From: Caldivirga sp. UBA161 | GTDB taxonomy: Archaea > Thermoproteota > Thermoprotei > Thermoproteales > Thermocladiaceae | Reading direction: 5' to 3' | Assembly (NCBI RefSeq): GCF_002506515.1 | Contig: NZ_DAXS01000068.1 | Span: 20,927 to 84,926, forward strand | DNA length: 64,000 nt | Part shown: positions 29,928-39,606 of the stretch, piece by piece | Position numbering within the stretch: the stretch's first letter is position 1 | Layout of the letters: every line of letters starts with the position of its first letter | The notes under the pieces: model-generated | Told to the model about the DNA's origin: nothing | The model's database searches: none | The model's input: the letters and a program-made list of their open reading frames with translations, nothing else | Position numbers and translations under genes: made by a program

Positions 29928-31598
29928 ATGCTGGTAATTATGAGTATGGGTGAGGAAATTTTAATAGTACCGCAGCCTAAGCAGCTGCAATTTAATGGTG
30001 AATGGTTTAGATTCGATGGTTTCAGTAATCTGCCTGACAACATAACCTCTGACTTCAATATACCTAAGGGTTCCTGGGAAATTAAATTAAGTGAGGAGGA
30101 GGGTGATCATTGTTCAATTAATGTTAATAATGGTTCAATAGAAGCCAGGGGGAATAAGTACATTTGCTATGCCACAGTTATTCAATTAACAATGCAGAGG
30201 AGCGGCTTTATACCCAGTGTTGAGGTTTATGAGGAACTTAGCTTTAAGATAAGGGGCTTCCACATGGATATAGCCAGGGGTGGTGTGCCGAATCTTGAGA
30301 CCTTTAAAAACATTATTAAGTGGCTTTTCCTACTTAAGTATAATTACTTCTTCATTTACCTGGAGGACCTTTACCCGTGGAGGAGCTACCCAGATATAGG
30401 TGCTTTAAGGGGTAGGTTAAGTGAGGAGGAGTGGAATACTATAGTTAATTACGGTGAATCATACGGCATTGAGGTTGTGCCATCATTAGAGCTACTGGGC
30501 CACATGGAGAACATACTATCATTACCAAAATACAGTAGGTTTAAGGAACTTTGGTGGGTTCCACGTGATGGTACATTAGATGCAAGCAGTGAGGATGCGA
30601 GGGCATTCGCGTTAAGGTTGCTTCAGGATGTTCTTGAAACCAGTAAATCAAGGTTAATACACGTGGGTGGTGATGAAACATGGTCACTGGGTAGAGGTAG
30701 GAGCCTTGATAAGGTTGGCTTCGTCTTTAAGGGCCCTGAACTGTACTTAACGCATTATAGGGCTATATTAAATATGGTTAAGAAGTATGGTAAAGTACCT
30801 GTGGTTTGGGGTGACATGTTAACCGGAATATATTTACCCAGTGAGGAGAGGACCATATGGGAGGGCGTTATTAATGATAAGATGTGGGATGAGGTGATTA
30901 TAGCTAATTGGAATTATGAACCATTAAATGTGGAGGATTTCCTAAACATGATAGATAAGGTTGGGCACTACAGTAATCAATTGGCATGCCCAGGCTTATC
31001 AAACTGGAACAGGTTCTACCCAGACTTCGAAAGAGCATTAACCAATGTTAAGAACTTTCTAATGGCAGCCAAGGAGAGGAAACTGGGTGGATTCCTAATA
31101 ACTGCATGGGGTGATGATGGTGAGGAATGCCTATTCACATACCTAACACCCCTAATACTGGCTTCAATGGAGATAGCTGAGGGTACGGGTGATTGGGAGG
31201 CTAAGTGGATTAGGTTAAGTAGTGAGGATGAGGGTGTTTTAAAGGCCCGTAAATTATTCGGTAAGGGAATAGTGTCCTCTAATATAAAAAACGTAATATA
31301 CTTGGATAGGTTAAGTACTATGAGTAATGAAGCTAAGGAAATGATTAAGGATGAATGGGGCAAGATACTTAACGAATTAAGGAATGTGAAGCTCCCTGAG
31401 AGTTTAGAATTAATTAGGAGCATGATGGAACTCGGCTTAAGGGTAATTAAGGGTGAGGCAAAGGCTGATGATTACTGGAGCATAATTGATGCTTATGCTA
31501 AACTATGGTTAAGTGAAAGAAAACCAGAGGGCTTATCTAACATATTATCTAGGTTCGGTAAATCAATGCTAATTCTTAAGTATAATTTAAAAGGATAA
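29928..31598 (+). CDS. GH20-like beta-N-acetylhexosaminidase
   Basis: 556-aa ORF. RGFHMDIARGG...YNYFFIYLED marks the TIM-barrel start, with LLGHME and HVGGDETW (the GH20 H-x-G-G-D-E catalytic motif). Confidence 0.65.
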   Translation: MLVIMSMGEEILIVPQPKQLQFNGEWFRFDGFSNLPDNITSDFNIPKGSWEIKLSEEEGDHCSINVNNGSIEARGNKYICYATVIQLTMQRSGFIPSVEVYEELSFKIRGFHMDIARGGVPNLETFKNIIKWLFLLKYNYFFIYLEDLYPWRSYPDIGALRGRLSEEEWNTIVNYGESYGIEVVPSLELLGHMENILSLPKYSRFKELWWVPRDGTLDASSEDARAFALRLLQDVLETSKSRLIHVGGDETWSLGRGRSLDKVGFVFKGPELYLTHYRAILNMVKKYGKVPVVWGDMLTGIYLPSEERTIWEGVINDKMWDEVIIANWNYEPLNVEDFLNMIDKVGHYSNQLACPGLSNWNRFYPDFERALTNVKNFLMAAKERKLGGFLITAWGDDGEECLFTYLTPLILASMEIAEGTGDWEAKWIRLSSEDEGVLKARKLFGKGIVSSNIKNVIYLDRLSTMSNEAKEMIKDEWGKILNELRNVKLPESLELIRSMMELGLRVIKGEAKADDYWSIIDAYAKLWLSERKPEGLSNILSRFGKSMLILKYNLKG

Positions 31599-31638
31599 TA
31601 GTAGCAATGCTTAAATAGAGGTTCAAGCATAATGTATT

Positions 31639-32460
31639 ATGAACCTAGGGGTTTCAACATACTCCTTCTGGCACTTTGAGGGTGAGAAGATGCCCATTAA
31701 TAATTACTTAGAGAGAGCTGCTAAACATGGGTTCAGTGGTGTTGAAATTCTTGAGGATCATTTAAGTGGACTCAATACAGGGGATTTAAGGGAGGTTAAG
31801 AGGGTAGCCTTCACGCTTGGATTAAGCATATACGCTGTATCAATTCACAATGATTTTATTAACCCACTCACTGGTTCAAGGGATAAGGAGGTTGAGTTAG
31901 TGAAGAAGTGGTTAAATGCAGCCTATGTCCTTGGAGCATCCATAATTAGGATTAATTCAGGTAGGTGGAGGACAATTAAGAGTTTTGATGAGTTAATGAG
32001 GAATAAGGGTAAAGAACCACCATTACCAGGTTATACTGAGGAGGATGCATTAAGGTGGGTTGAGGAGTCAATAAGAAGCCTACTACCCACTGCTGAGGAT
32101 TTAGGAATAATACTTGGCCTTGAGAATCATTGGGGGATTTCAGGTAAGGCGTCAAACATGGTTAAAATGTTTAATGACGTACCATCAAAGTACTTTAGGG
32201 CAGTAATGGATATAGGTAACTTCATTGAGGATACCTATGGGCAACTGGAGATGATAGCGCCCTACACTGCAATGGTTCATGCTAAGACATACTTTGGTGG
32301 TGGCGTGTGGTATACCTTGGATATAGATTACGATAGGGTTTTCAACATTCTTAAGAATCATGGATTCAATGGCTGGGTTTCACTGGAGTATGAGGGTAGG
32401 GAAGATTATGATACTGGTGTTGCTAAGAGTAGGGAATTGCTTCTAAAGTACATTAGGTAA
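31639..32460 (+). CDS. Xylose-isomerase-like TIM-barrel protein (sugar phosphate isomerase/epimerase family)
   Basis: 273-aa ORF with GFSGVEI, LGLENHW and VSLEYEG motifs typical of the AP_endonuc_2/IolE-like fold. Confidence 0.75.
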   Translation: MNLGVSTYSFWHFEGEKMPINNYLERAAKHGFSGVEILEDHLSGLNTGDLREVKRVAFTLGLSIYAVSIHNDFINPLTGSRDKEVELVKKWLNAAYVLGASIIRINSGRWRTIKSFDELMRNKGKEPPLPGYTEEDALRWVEESIRSLLPTAEDLGIILGLENHWGISGKASNMVKMFNDVPSKYFRAVMDIGNFIEDTYGQLEMIAPYTAMVHAKTYFGGGVWYTLDIDYDRVFNILKNHGFNGWVSLEYEGREDYDTGVAKSRELLLKYIR

Positions 32461-32467
32461 TAACACC

Positions 32468-33625
32468 TCAATGCATTAAGCTCTGTTGAATTTCATTAAT
32501 CCTACTCCTCAATGCGGTGTTCATTATTAGTGAAACCAGTAGGAAGAGTATGGATAGTAGGATGAATAGATTCCTAACCCCAATTACTGTTGAAATAGCA
32601 CCCCCAATTAATCCACCTAGTATTGACCCCATTGAGAACATTGTAAAGAAGACAGCTGATCCCTTACCCCTCTCCACGCCTAGGCTCATGAGTAATGCTG
32701 GGGTTGATACTATGAATAATGCGTAACCAATACCCCTAACCACTTGAGCCAGGTATAATGCACTCAATGGGATGAGGGAATATAGCGTGAAGGCTAAGGA
32801 TAATACTAAACCATTGATTATGAATAAATACTTCCTGAATATTAGGCTGCTGTCAAATAACCTACCGGTAATGATCATTGTAGGCACCTCAGCAGTCGCA
32901 CCTGCAGCTATTACTTCACCCAAGTACAATATTGAACCATGTTTAATGAAGACGTACACTGGTAGGAACCAGGATGCTGATGATATTGTTAACCCAGCTA
33001 TTAAGGAGTAGAGTGATAGGGCAGCCCACGTGCTTAAGGTAAGCCTAGTGGTGAATCTAGTGGAGTATGTTTCCTTAAGCATTAAGGCAGCTATGGTAAG
33101 CGCCATTAGCAATTCAATTAAAGCAAATAAGAGGGCGTACCCTAGTGATGATTTAACTATTATTAACGGTATTACTAAACTACCCCCTATCCAACCAATA
33201 GCCCCACCAATCCTAACAACACTAATACTCCTACCTAATTTAACCACTGATATTTCAGAGGATGAGGCTAACATTAACGTTGAGAAGCCCCCGGCTAGGA
33301 ATCCCATAATTATTGACGATAACACGTAGTAGCTTACCCTTAAGTTCAACATAAGGAGTAATGTAATTAAGGCTGCTGAGAGTAAATCAATAATAATCAC
33401 CCTCCTCCTGCTCTTCATAATGTCTGATAAGTAGCCTAATGAATATTGGCCCATCATGGATGCTATATTATAGGATGTACTAAATGCACCAATTTCAATC
33501 AACGTTAAGCCGCTGGCGTATAGAATGTAGGTTGAGAATAATGCGTAGAGCGGCACCACAGACCACATTAAGGCGTATATAATTAGTAAAATCAGCTCCA
33601 CTGAGGCATTTACCTTAAACTGCAT
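32468..33625 (-). CDS. MFS transporter
   Basis: 385-aa ORF with ~12 hydrophobic helices in a 6+6 arrangement and a basic loop (GYLSDIMKSRRR) after TM2. Confidence 0.75.
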   Translation of the reverse strand: MQFKVNASVELILLIIYALMWSVVPLYALFSTYILYASGLTLIEIGAFSTSYNIASMMGQYSLGYLSDIMKSRRRVIIIDLLSAALITLLLMLNLRVSYYVLSSIIMGFLAGGFSTLMLASSSEISVVKLGRSISVVRIGGAIGWIGGSLVIPLIIVKSSLGYALLFALIELLMALTIAALMLKETYSTRFTTRLTLSTWAALSLYSLIAGLTISSASWFLPVYVFIKHGSILYLGEVIAAGATAEVPTMIITGRLFDSSLIFRKYLFIINGLVLSLAFTLYSLIPLSALYLAQVVRGIGYALFIVSTPALLMSLGVERGKGSAVFFTMFSMGSILGGLIGGAISTVIGVRNLFILLSILFLLVSLIMNTALRSRINEIQQSLMH

Positions 33626-33712
33626 TATTCGGTTGTTAACTACTGAATTAAAGCTTAACTGATTTTAATTTAGTGAAGCATAGTTTTAAAAGCTATATGC
33701 AATATAATTATC

Positions 33713-34651
33713 ATGAGGATTGCTGACCTACACGAGGATATCTCATGGGGGACTTCACAATACTTTAACGATACCATTAATGGCCCAGCACAATCAAGTA
33801 TAGCTCAATTGGCTAAATTCGATCAGGCATTAGTATTCGCGGCAATATACCCTCATGTTAGGACTTGGAATGAGGATGCTGATAAGATTAAGGCACTCTA
33901 TGGTAGAGCAACAAACCCAACGCACTTCTCATTCGACCTAATACTGGATCACCTCAAATTCTACTACTACCTGGAGAGGAGGGGATTAATTAAGATTATT
34001 AAAAGCCCTAATGATACCTTAAGTAAGGTTAACTTCGTAATATCCCTGGAGGGTACTGATGCATTGAGGGATATATATGACTTATACGTACTTAAGAACC
34101 TGGGGGTTAGGGTTATTCAATTAACATGGAATTATGATACTAAGTTTGCTGCATCATGTAATTCAAGGAAGGATTACGGCTTAACTGGTGAGGGTGAGGA
34201 ACTGGTTAAATTAGCCAATGACCTTGGCTTATTAATTGACCTAGCTCACGCAAGTAAGCAAACTGTGCTTGATGTAGCATCAATATCTAGGAAGCCTATT
34301 ATAGTTAGCCACGCTAACGCTAGGAAGCTTAAGGACTCCCGTAGGAATCTTGATGATGAAATGATTGAGGCCATTATTAAGGCTGGGGGAATTATAGGGG
34401 TGGCTGCAATACCATCATTATTACCTAACCCAAGTATTGAGGGTATATTAGATAATATTAAGTATATTGGTGAGAATTATGGCTGGGATTATGTGGCAAT
34501 AGGTACTGACTTCCTTGGAATGTACCCTGATGAAGTAATAAGTGGCCTTGAGTCAATTGAGAAACTAAGCATGCTCAGTGATATGTTGGGTGATGAAGCT
34601 GAAAAGGTACTGTGGGGTAATGCCTATAGGATGCTTAAGTACATAGGGTAA
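33713..34651 (+). CDS. M19-family (renal-type) membrane dipeptidase homologue
   Basis: 312-aa ORF with DLHEDI at the N-terminus (DxHxD metal motif), VIQLTWNYDTKFA, DLAHAS and VSHANAR. Confidence 0.8.
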   Translation: MRIADLHEDISWGTSQYFNDTINGPAQSSIAQLAKFDQALVFAAIYPHVRTWNEDADKIKALYGRATNPTHFSFDLILDHLKFYYYLERRGLIKIIKSPNDTLSKVNFVISLEGTDALRDIYDLYVLKNLGVRVIQLTWNYDTKFAASCNSRKDYGLTGEGEELVKLANDLGLLIDLAHASKQTVLDVASISRKPIIVSHANARKLKDSRRNLDDEMIEAIIKAGGIIGVAAIPSLLPNPSIEGILDNIKYIGENYGWDYVAIGTDFLGMYPDEVISGLESIEKLSMLSDMLGDEAEKVLWGNAYRMLKYIG

Positions 34652-34666
34652 TTAGAATCCCATAAT

Positions 34667-35047
34667 TCAATGCTTCTTACCACGGTTTTTAGCCAACATA
34701 TCTCTTATTTCATTCTTCCAAATGTATCCAGCCACCCTCCTACCTTCCTTGGTTAAATCATAGTAAATCCCCCTCCCCCTCTTCTCAGGGTTATGCTGCT
34801 TAACCTTAAGCCACGGCTTAACCGAACTAGTAACCCTACCCTTTAAACTCCCCTTAAACTCCTGTAGTAAATTAAGTTGAACAAGATGCTTACAAGCCTC
34901 CTCAACTTCATCTTCAGGTATTATTGGATTCCACCCAGATGCACCGAGGAGCCTCCTGGCAAGTAGCCATGGTGTATCTGGGCCATACTTATAAATGTGG
35001 GCTAGTATCATTTTCTCTAATTCACTTAAACCATCACCAGTGCCCAC
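34667..35047 (-). CDS. Small winged-helix protein (DUF2250-like)
   Basis: 126-aa ORF. LSELEKMILAHIYKYGPDTPWLLARRL...GIYYDLTKEGRRV is a wHTH-like pattern. Confidence 0.45.
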   Translation of the reverse strand: MGTGDGLSELEKMILAHIYKYGPDTPWLLARRLLGASGWNPIIPEDEVEEACKHLVQLNLLQEFKGSLKGRVTSSVKPWLKVKQHNPEKRGRGIYYDLTKEGRRVAGYIWKNEIRDMLAKNRGKKH

Positions 35048-35110
35048 GAACGGTATTGCTATTAATGGTTTTAACCCTAACGCTGTCTCATCCCTAACAC
35101 TTTATAATCA

Positions 35111-36451
35111 TTACGTACCAGTTTCCCAACTTGAAATATACCTAGCCTGCTCCTCTGTTAGGGAATCAAACCTAACCCCCATTGCCGCCAACTTAAGCCT
35201 AGCAATATCCTCATCAATATCCTGAGGCAGCCTGTAAACTCTAGGTGTTAACTTACCCTTATTTCTTAAAATGTACTCAGCCGCCAATGCTTGATTACTG
35301 AAGGACATGTCCATTACCTCACTTGGATGCCCTTCCGCGGCTGATAGGTTAACTAGCCTGCCCTCCGCTATTAGGTATATTTTTCTGCCATTAGGTAGGA
35401 TGTACTCAACAACGTATGGTCTTATTTCCCTCTTGGATTTAGCGTTCTTTTCTAGGGCCTCCACATCAATCTCAACATTGAAGTGCCCTGTATTGGCTAA
35501 CACTGCACCATCCTTCATCCTTAACATGTGGTCAAAGGATATTACCCTTATGTCACCTGTTGCTGTTATGAAGATGTCGCCTATTTCAGCAGCTTCACTC
35601 ATTGGCATTACCTCAAAGCCCTCGAAGACTGCCTCAAGGGCCCTTATTGGATTAACCTCAGTAATAATGACCCTCCTTGCCCCAAGTCCCTTAGCCCTCA
35701 TCGCCACCCCCCTTCCAACCCACCCATATCCAGCAACTACCACTATTTTTCCTGCAATGAGTAGGTTCGTTGCCCTTATTATCCCATCCCAAGTTGATTG
35801 GCCTGTACCGTACCTATTGTCGAAGAGGTACTTTGTATATGAGTCGTTAACAGCTATTATAGGGTACATTAACTTCCCATCCTTCTCCATGGCCCTAAAC
35901 CTAATGACCCCTGTAGTTGTTTCCTCAGTGCCGCCGAATATCTTCTTAACTAAGCTTACATAATCCCTACTGCCTGCTACCTCAAGGGCATACTTAACTG
36001 ACTCATCAATGATCCCTAAGGCTAACTTATGTAGTGTGCCGGCTACGTCACCGCCATCATCGAGGGTTATGTTGGGTTCAGAGGATATGGCGAAGCCTAT
36101 GGCATTATAATACTCCCTATTGCTCATGCCCTTCCAAGCATATACATGAATACCCTCCTCCACTAAGGCTGCTGCAACATCATCTTGAGTTGAGAGTGGA
36201 TTACTTGGCGCTAAGTATACGTCAGCTCCACCTGCTGCTAGGGTTTTAGCCAGAACCGCAGTCTCCTTGGTAACATGGAGGCTTGCAGCTATTTTAATAC
36301 CCTTAAGTGGCTTCTCCTTAATGAACCTTTCCCTAATAGCCATTAGTACCGGCATGTGTGATTCAGCCCACTCAATCTGTAGCCTTCCCTTGGCCGCTAA
36401 TGACTTATCCTTAACCTTAGACTCAACCATTGCTGAACCTAGATTTAACAT
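35111..36451 (-). CDS. ahcY: S-adenosyl-L-homocysteine hydrolase
   Basis: 446-aa ORF with LDDGGD, EETTTGV and the NAD motif GYGWVGRG. The probable start is the internal Met (MVESK, 36430). Confidence 0.92.
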   Translation of the reverse strand: MLNLGSAMVESKVKDKSLAAKGRLQIEWAESHMPVLMAIRERFIKEKPLKGIKIAASLHVTKETAVLAKTLAAGGADVYLAPSNPLSTQDDVAAALVEEGIHVYAWKGMSNREYYNAIGFAISSEPNITLDDGGDVAGTLHKLALGIIDESVKYALEVAGSRDYVSLVKKIFGGTEETTTGVIRFRAMEKDGKLMYPIIAVNDSYTKYLFDNRYGTGQSTWDGIIRATNLLIAGKIVVVAGYGWVGRGVAMRAKGLGARRVIITEVNPIRALEAVFEGFEVMPMSEAAEIGDIFITATGDIRVISFDHMLRMKDGAVLANTGHFNVEIDVEALEKNAKSKREIRPYVVEYILPNGRKIYLIAEGRLVNLSAAEGHPSEVMDMSFSNQALAAEYILRNKGKLTPRVYRLPQDIDEDIARLKLAAMGVRFDSLTEEQARYISSWETGT

Positions 36452-36534
36452 GTTTAAAAGCGTTTAACCAACATTCCACATGCCATAACGTTTAAGCGGA
36501 GGGTACTTTACTTAAACACGCGTTTTAAGTATTA

Positions 36535-37521
36535 TTAATTATTCTTAATGCCGCAGGAATTAACAATATTAATCAAATACGCGTCGCCAAAACGTTCACC
36601 AGCGTTAATGGGTATTACTGATGCTGCACAAGATTGCCTTATCAATGGTTCACTCACAGTTACTTGCCTACCCATTAATTTACTTAACTCCTCCTCAATC
36701 ATTTGCTTCCATAGGCCCTTATTAGCCATGTATGTACCGCCCATTAATGCTATGGGCAGGTTAAAGGCACCAAGCCTCCTAATCACGGTGGTTAATGCTA
36801 AGGCAACCTCCTCAGTCTCCCTCCTAAGTATTAATGAAGCCTCCTTATCACCCTCCTTAGCTGCATCAAAGACGCTTTTGGCAAATGAAGCGATCGTACC
36901 CTTAACATCCCTGGCTGAATAAACTTTAGCAACCAACTCCTCAATGGTGGAGGCTGAGTACTGGCTTAAGGCATATTTAACTAGGGTTGTTTCACCAATC
37001 CTACCGTCATATGATTTCACCACTGCTGATAAGCCTAAGGCTCCAATATGGTACGCTCCACCTTCATCATCTATTAAATGCCCCCATCCACCAACCCTAA
37101 CCCTCCTACCAGAGTACTTACCGTAAAAATTACTGCCAGTGCCCAATATGCCTATTACCCCATCACCTGTTAAGAATGCTGAGGCGTGGGCGGCTTCAAT
37201 ATCCTCAGTAATGTATATTCTAGCACCCTTAACATAATCACCAAGTTCACTCATTATACACCTCCTTATTTCACTATCCCAAGCACCACCAAGGTAACCA
37301 GCCATGGATAGACTTAAGGCAATAACCTCAACATTAGCGTTAACCTTACTTAATGCGTTAATTACACTTGCTGAAATATTACTGCAGACTTCATTAATAG
37401 GTAATGCCGCTGGATTTGAAGGCCCGGCTTGCCCAAGAGCCATTAATACTCCATCATATGATAATACTGCTGCCTCTGTTTTAGTGGCACCGCCATCAAT
37501 TCCCAGTACTACCTTAACCAC
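36535..37521 (-). CDS. BadF/BadG/BcrA/BcrD-type ATPase, N-acetylhexosamine (GlcNAc/MurNAc) kinase-like
   Basis: 328-aa ORF with the LGIDGGATKT phosphate-1 motif, GILGTGSN and GGWGHLIDDEGG. Confidence 0.75.
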   Translation of the reverse strand: MVKVVLGIDGGATKTEAAVLSYDGVLMALGQAGPSNPAALPINEVCSNISASVINALSKVNANVEVIALSLSMAGYLGGAWDSEIRRCIMSELGDYVKGARIYITEDIEAAHASAFLTGDGVIGILGTGSNFYGKYSGRRVRVGGWGHLIDDEGGAYHIGALGLSAVVKSYDGRIGETTLVKYALSQYSASTIEELVAKVYSARDVKGTIASFAKSVFDAAKEGDKEASLILRRETEEVALALTTVIRRLGAFNLPIALMGGTYMANKGLWKQMIEEELSKLMGRQVTVSEPLIRQSCAASVIPINAGERFGDAYLINIVNSCGIKNN

Positions 37522-37561
37522 TTGTTACGGACTTGGTGAGAGTATTTAAACCTCATCACGT

Positions 37562-38548
37562 TCACTCAACAAGAGGTTCCTTCATTGTTAATGTTGCCTC
37601 ATCAGCATTAACCTCAATACTAATGCCTAAGGGAACTGGGTATGTGTTTAGGCCTTGTTGATCACCACCATGGCAGCATGGGTAATTTAGGAAGGATGGG
37701 GCCTTAGGGTTATAGGTCTTAGTTGCCTCCACAATTGACTCAACCACACTCCCCCCAACCTGCCACTCCCTTAACTCAGGTATTTCACCGTAGGCAATAG
37801 CATTAACGCCTCCGAGAATTCCCATTAATCCCAGTGCCGTTAAGTACTCATCAAGCCTATGTATCTGTAGCGCTATCTCCTCAATAAAGAGTACCTTACC
37901 CTCCGGGTTAATTCTGAAGCTTGGTATTGATTGAGGAAGGAGGAATTTCAATAGATTGCCACCAACCATTACGCCGCTTGCTTTACCTGGTGTTATTATT
38001 CTTGGAAATGGCCCATCCTGAAGGGGCTTAAGCTCCATCACCTCACCCTTGAGTATACTTAGAGCCGCATCCATATCCCTCCTGAACCTACTTAGGCCAG
38101 CCTCACTAGGTGTCACATTAAGGTCAAGCATTGGGGCCTGTAGTGATGGGACTCCAGCCTTAGCATACACTGCAGTTTGTAGGGCTGTTATGTCGCTGAA
38201 GCCCACTATAACCTTAGGGTGCTCTTTAATTACATCATAGTCAAGAAGCCTAATAACCCTAAAGGCACCGCTCATGCCCCTTAAGCACCATACTGCATCT
38301 ACGTCATCCCTAATGAAGGCATCCATGATATCCTTAGCTCTAACTTCATCTGGAGCCGAATGGAAGCCCTTATTTAAGGCGAACTTAACAGTATCTCCAA
38401 GAATCACCCTAAACCCTTTTTTCCTAAGATAATCAATACCAGTGTTGAGTCCTGAGCCACTCCCCGGATAACCTGGGGGTGCTGATGGTGCTATGAGCAT
38501 TACCGTTGATCCCTCCCTTAACCTACGTGGTTTAACCGAGTACTTCAC
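37562..38548 (-). CDS. S66-family LD-carboxypeptidase (LdcA/MccF-like)
   Basis: 328-aa ORF with the nucleophile motif GFSDITAL, an acidic LFIEE and a C-terminal CCHGG...PLG, giving the S66 Ser-Glu-His layout. Confidence 0.8.
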   Translation of the reverse strand: MKYSVKPRRLREGSTVMLIAPSAPPGYPGSGSGLNTGIDYLRKKGFRVILGDTVKFALNKGFHSAPDEVRAKDIMDAFIRDDVDAVWCLRGMSGAFRVIRLLDYDVIKEHPKVIVGFSDITALQTAVYAKAGVPSLQAPMLDLNVTPSEAGLSRFRRDMDAALSILKGEVMELKPLQDGPFPRIITPGKASGVMVGGNLLKFLLPQSIPSFRINPEGKVLFIEEIALQIHRLDEYLTALGLMGILGGVNAIAYGEIPELREWQVGGSVVESIVEATKTYNPKAPSFLNYPCCHGGDQQGLNTYPVPLGISIEVNADEATLTMKEPLVE

Positions 38549-38607
38549 TCCTAATTAGTAGGTACGCTTATTTTTAAGGAATTCAACATAGTTTTGTTAA
38601 CTTAGAA

Positions 38608-39606
38608 GTGTTTAAAAATGGGTTAGGTAAAGGCAATGGTGTGGTTTTAATTGATAAGTATGGTAGGCCATTATTGAAGCTTAGGATCGTGGTTAACAGT
38701 GAATGCAACTTTAACTGCTTCTTCTGCCACTTTGAGGGTCAAAGTAGGCATATCCCATCATTAACGCCTAAGGATATTGGATTTGCAGCTGAGGCAGCCA
38801 TGAGGATTGGTGTAATGGATTTTAAGTTAACTGGTGGTGAACCATTATTACGTAAAGATATTACTGAGATAATTGAGGAATTAAGCCTAAGGAAACCTAA
38901 GGATTTATCCTTAACAACTAATGGTTACCTCCTAGGTGAATTAGCCTCAAAGCTTAGGGAGGCAGGCTTAATGAGGCTTAATGTGTCGTTACATAGCCTT
39001 AAGCCTGAGAGGTATGCATTCATAACTGGAACAAGCCCCAAGGTATTCAATAAGGTTATTGATGGGTTAATGAAGGCTAAGGACGCTGGGTTCAATAACA
39101 TAAAGCTTAATATGGTTGTTACTAAGGTTAATGTTGATGAGGTTGATGATTTAATAAGCTTCGCTGCAAAGCATGGCTTCTCACTACAGTTAATAGAATT
39201 AATGCCCGTTGGGTATGGGGAAGTGGCTTTCAATGAGAATTACGTTGACTTAAACACTGTGGTTAAGCGACTTATGGAGCGTGGTAGATTCCTTGGGAGT
39301 AGGGTTGACTTGCATAATAGGCCCCTACTTAGTGTTGATGGTGTTAAGGTTGAGGTTGTGAAGAATTACATGAATCCAAGCTTCTGCGCTGGTTGCACAA
39401 CAATGAGGTTAACCAGTGATGGATGGCTTAAGACCTGCCTCTATAAGCCTCCATCCGTTAAGGTTTGGGACCTCATTAAGAGTAGGGACCTTGAGGGGTT
39501 AATTAAGGCCTTTCAGAGGGCTAATGAGTTAAGGGAACCCAACTTTAAGAATACTGATAATCAATTGAGGTTAAGTAACATTAAGGTTAGGTTAAGGGTT
39601 GGTTAA
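38608..39606 (+). CDS. moaA: GTP 3',8-cyclase (molybdenum cofactor biosynthesis, radical SAM)
   Basis: 332-aa ORF with a GTG start. It has GRPLLKLRIVVNSECNFNCFFCH (CxxxCxxC), LTGGEPLL and a C-terminal CAGC...C second cluster. Confidence 0.88.
   Translation: MFKNGLGKGNGVVLIDKYGRPLLKLRIVVNSECNFNCFFCHFEGQSRHIPSLTPKDIGFAAEAAMRIGVMDFKLTGGEPLLRKDITEIIEELSLRKPKDLSLTTNGYLLGELASKLREAGLMRLNVSLHSLKPERYAFITGTSPKVFNKVIDGLMKAKDAGFNNIKLNMVVTKVNVDEVDDLISFAAKHGFSLQLIELMPVGYGEVAFNENYVDLNTVVKRLMERGRFLGSRVDLHNRPLLSVDGVKVEVVKNYMNPSFCAGCTTMRLTSDGWLKTCLYKPPSVKVWDLIKSRDLEGLIKAFQRANELREPNFKNTDNQLRLSNIKVRLRVG

Noticed and set aside
35307-35963. Long antisense ORFs in the ORF track. The 218-aa example here lies opposite ahcY. 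Others include 798..1064, 8434..8718, 26215..26568, 31016..31423, 36548..36922, 39922..40242 and 61291..61662.
   Set aside because: Each lies entirely inside, and antisense to, a gene with strong motif support. Their products are low-complexity Ser/Leu/Pro/Thr-rich strings typical of shadow ORFs, with no independent promoter or homology evidence.
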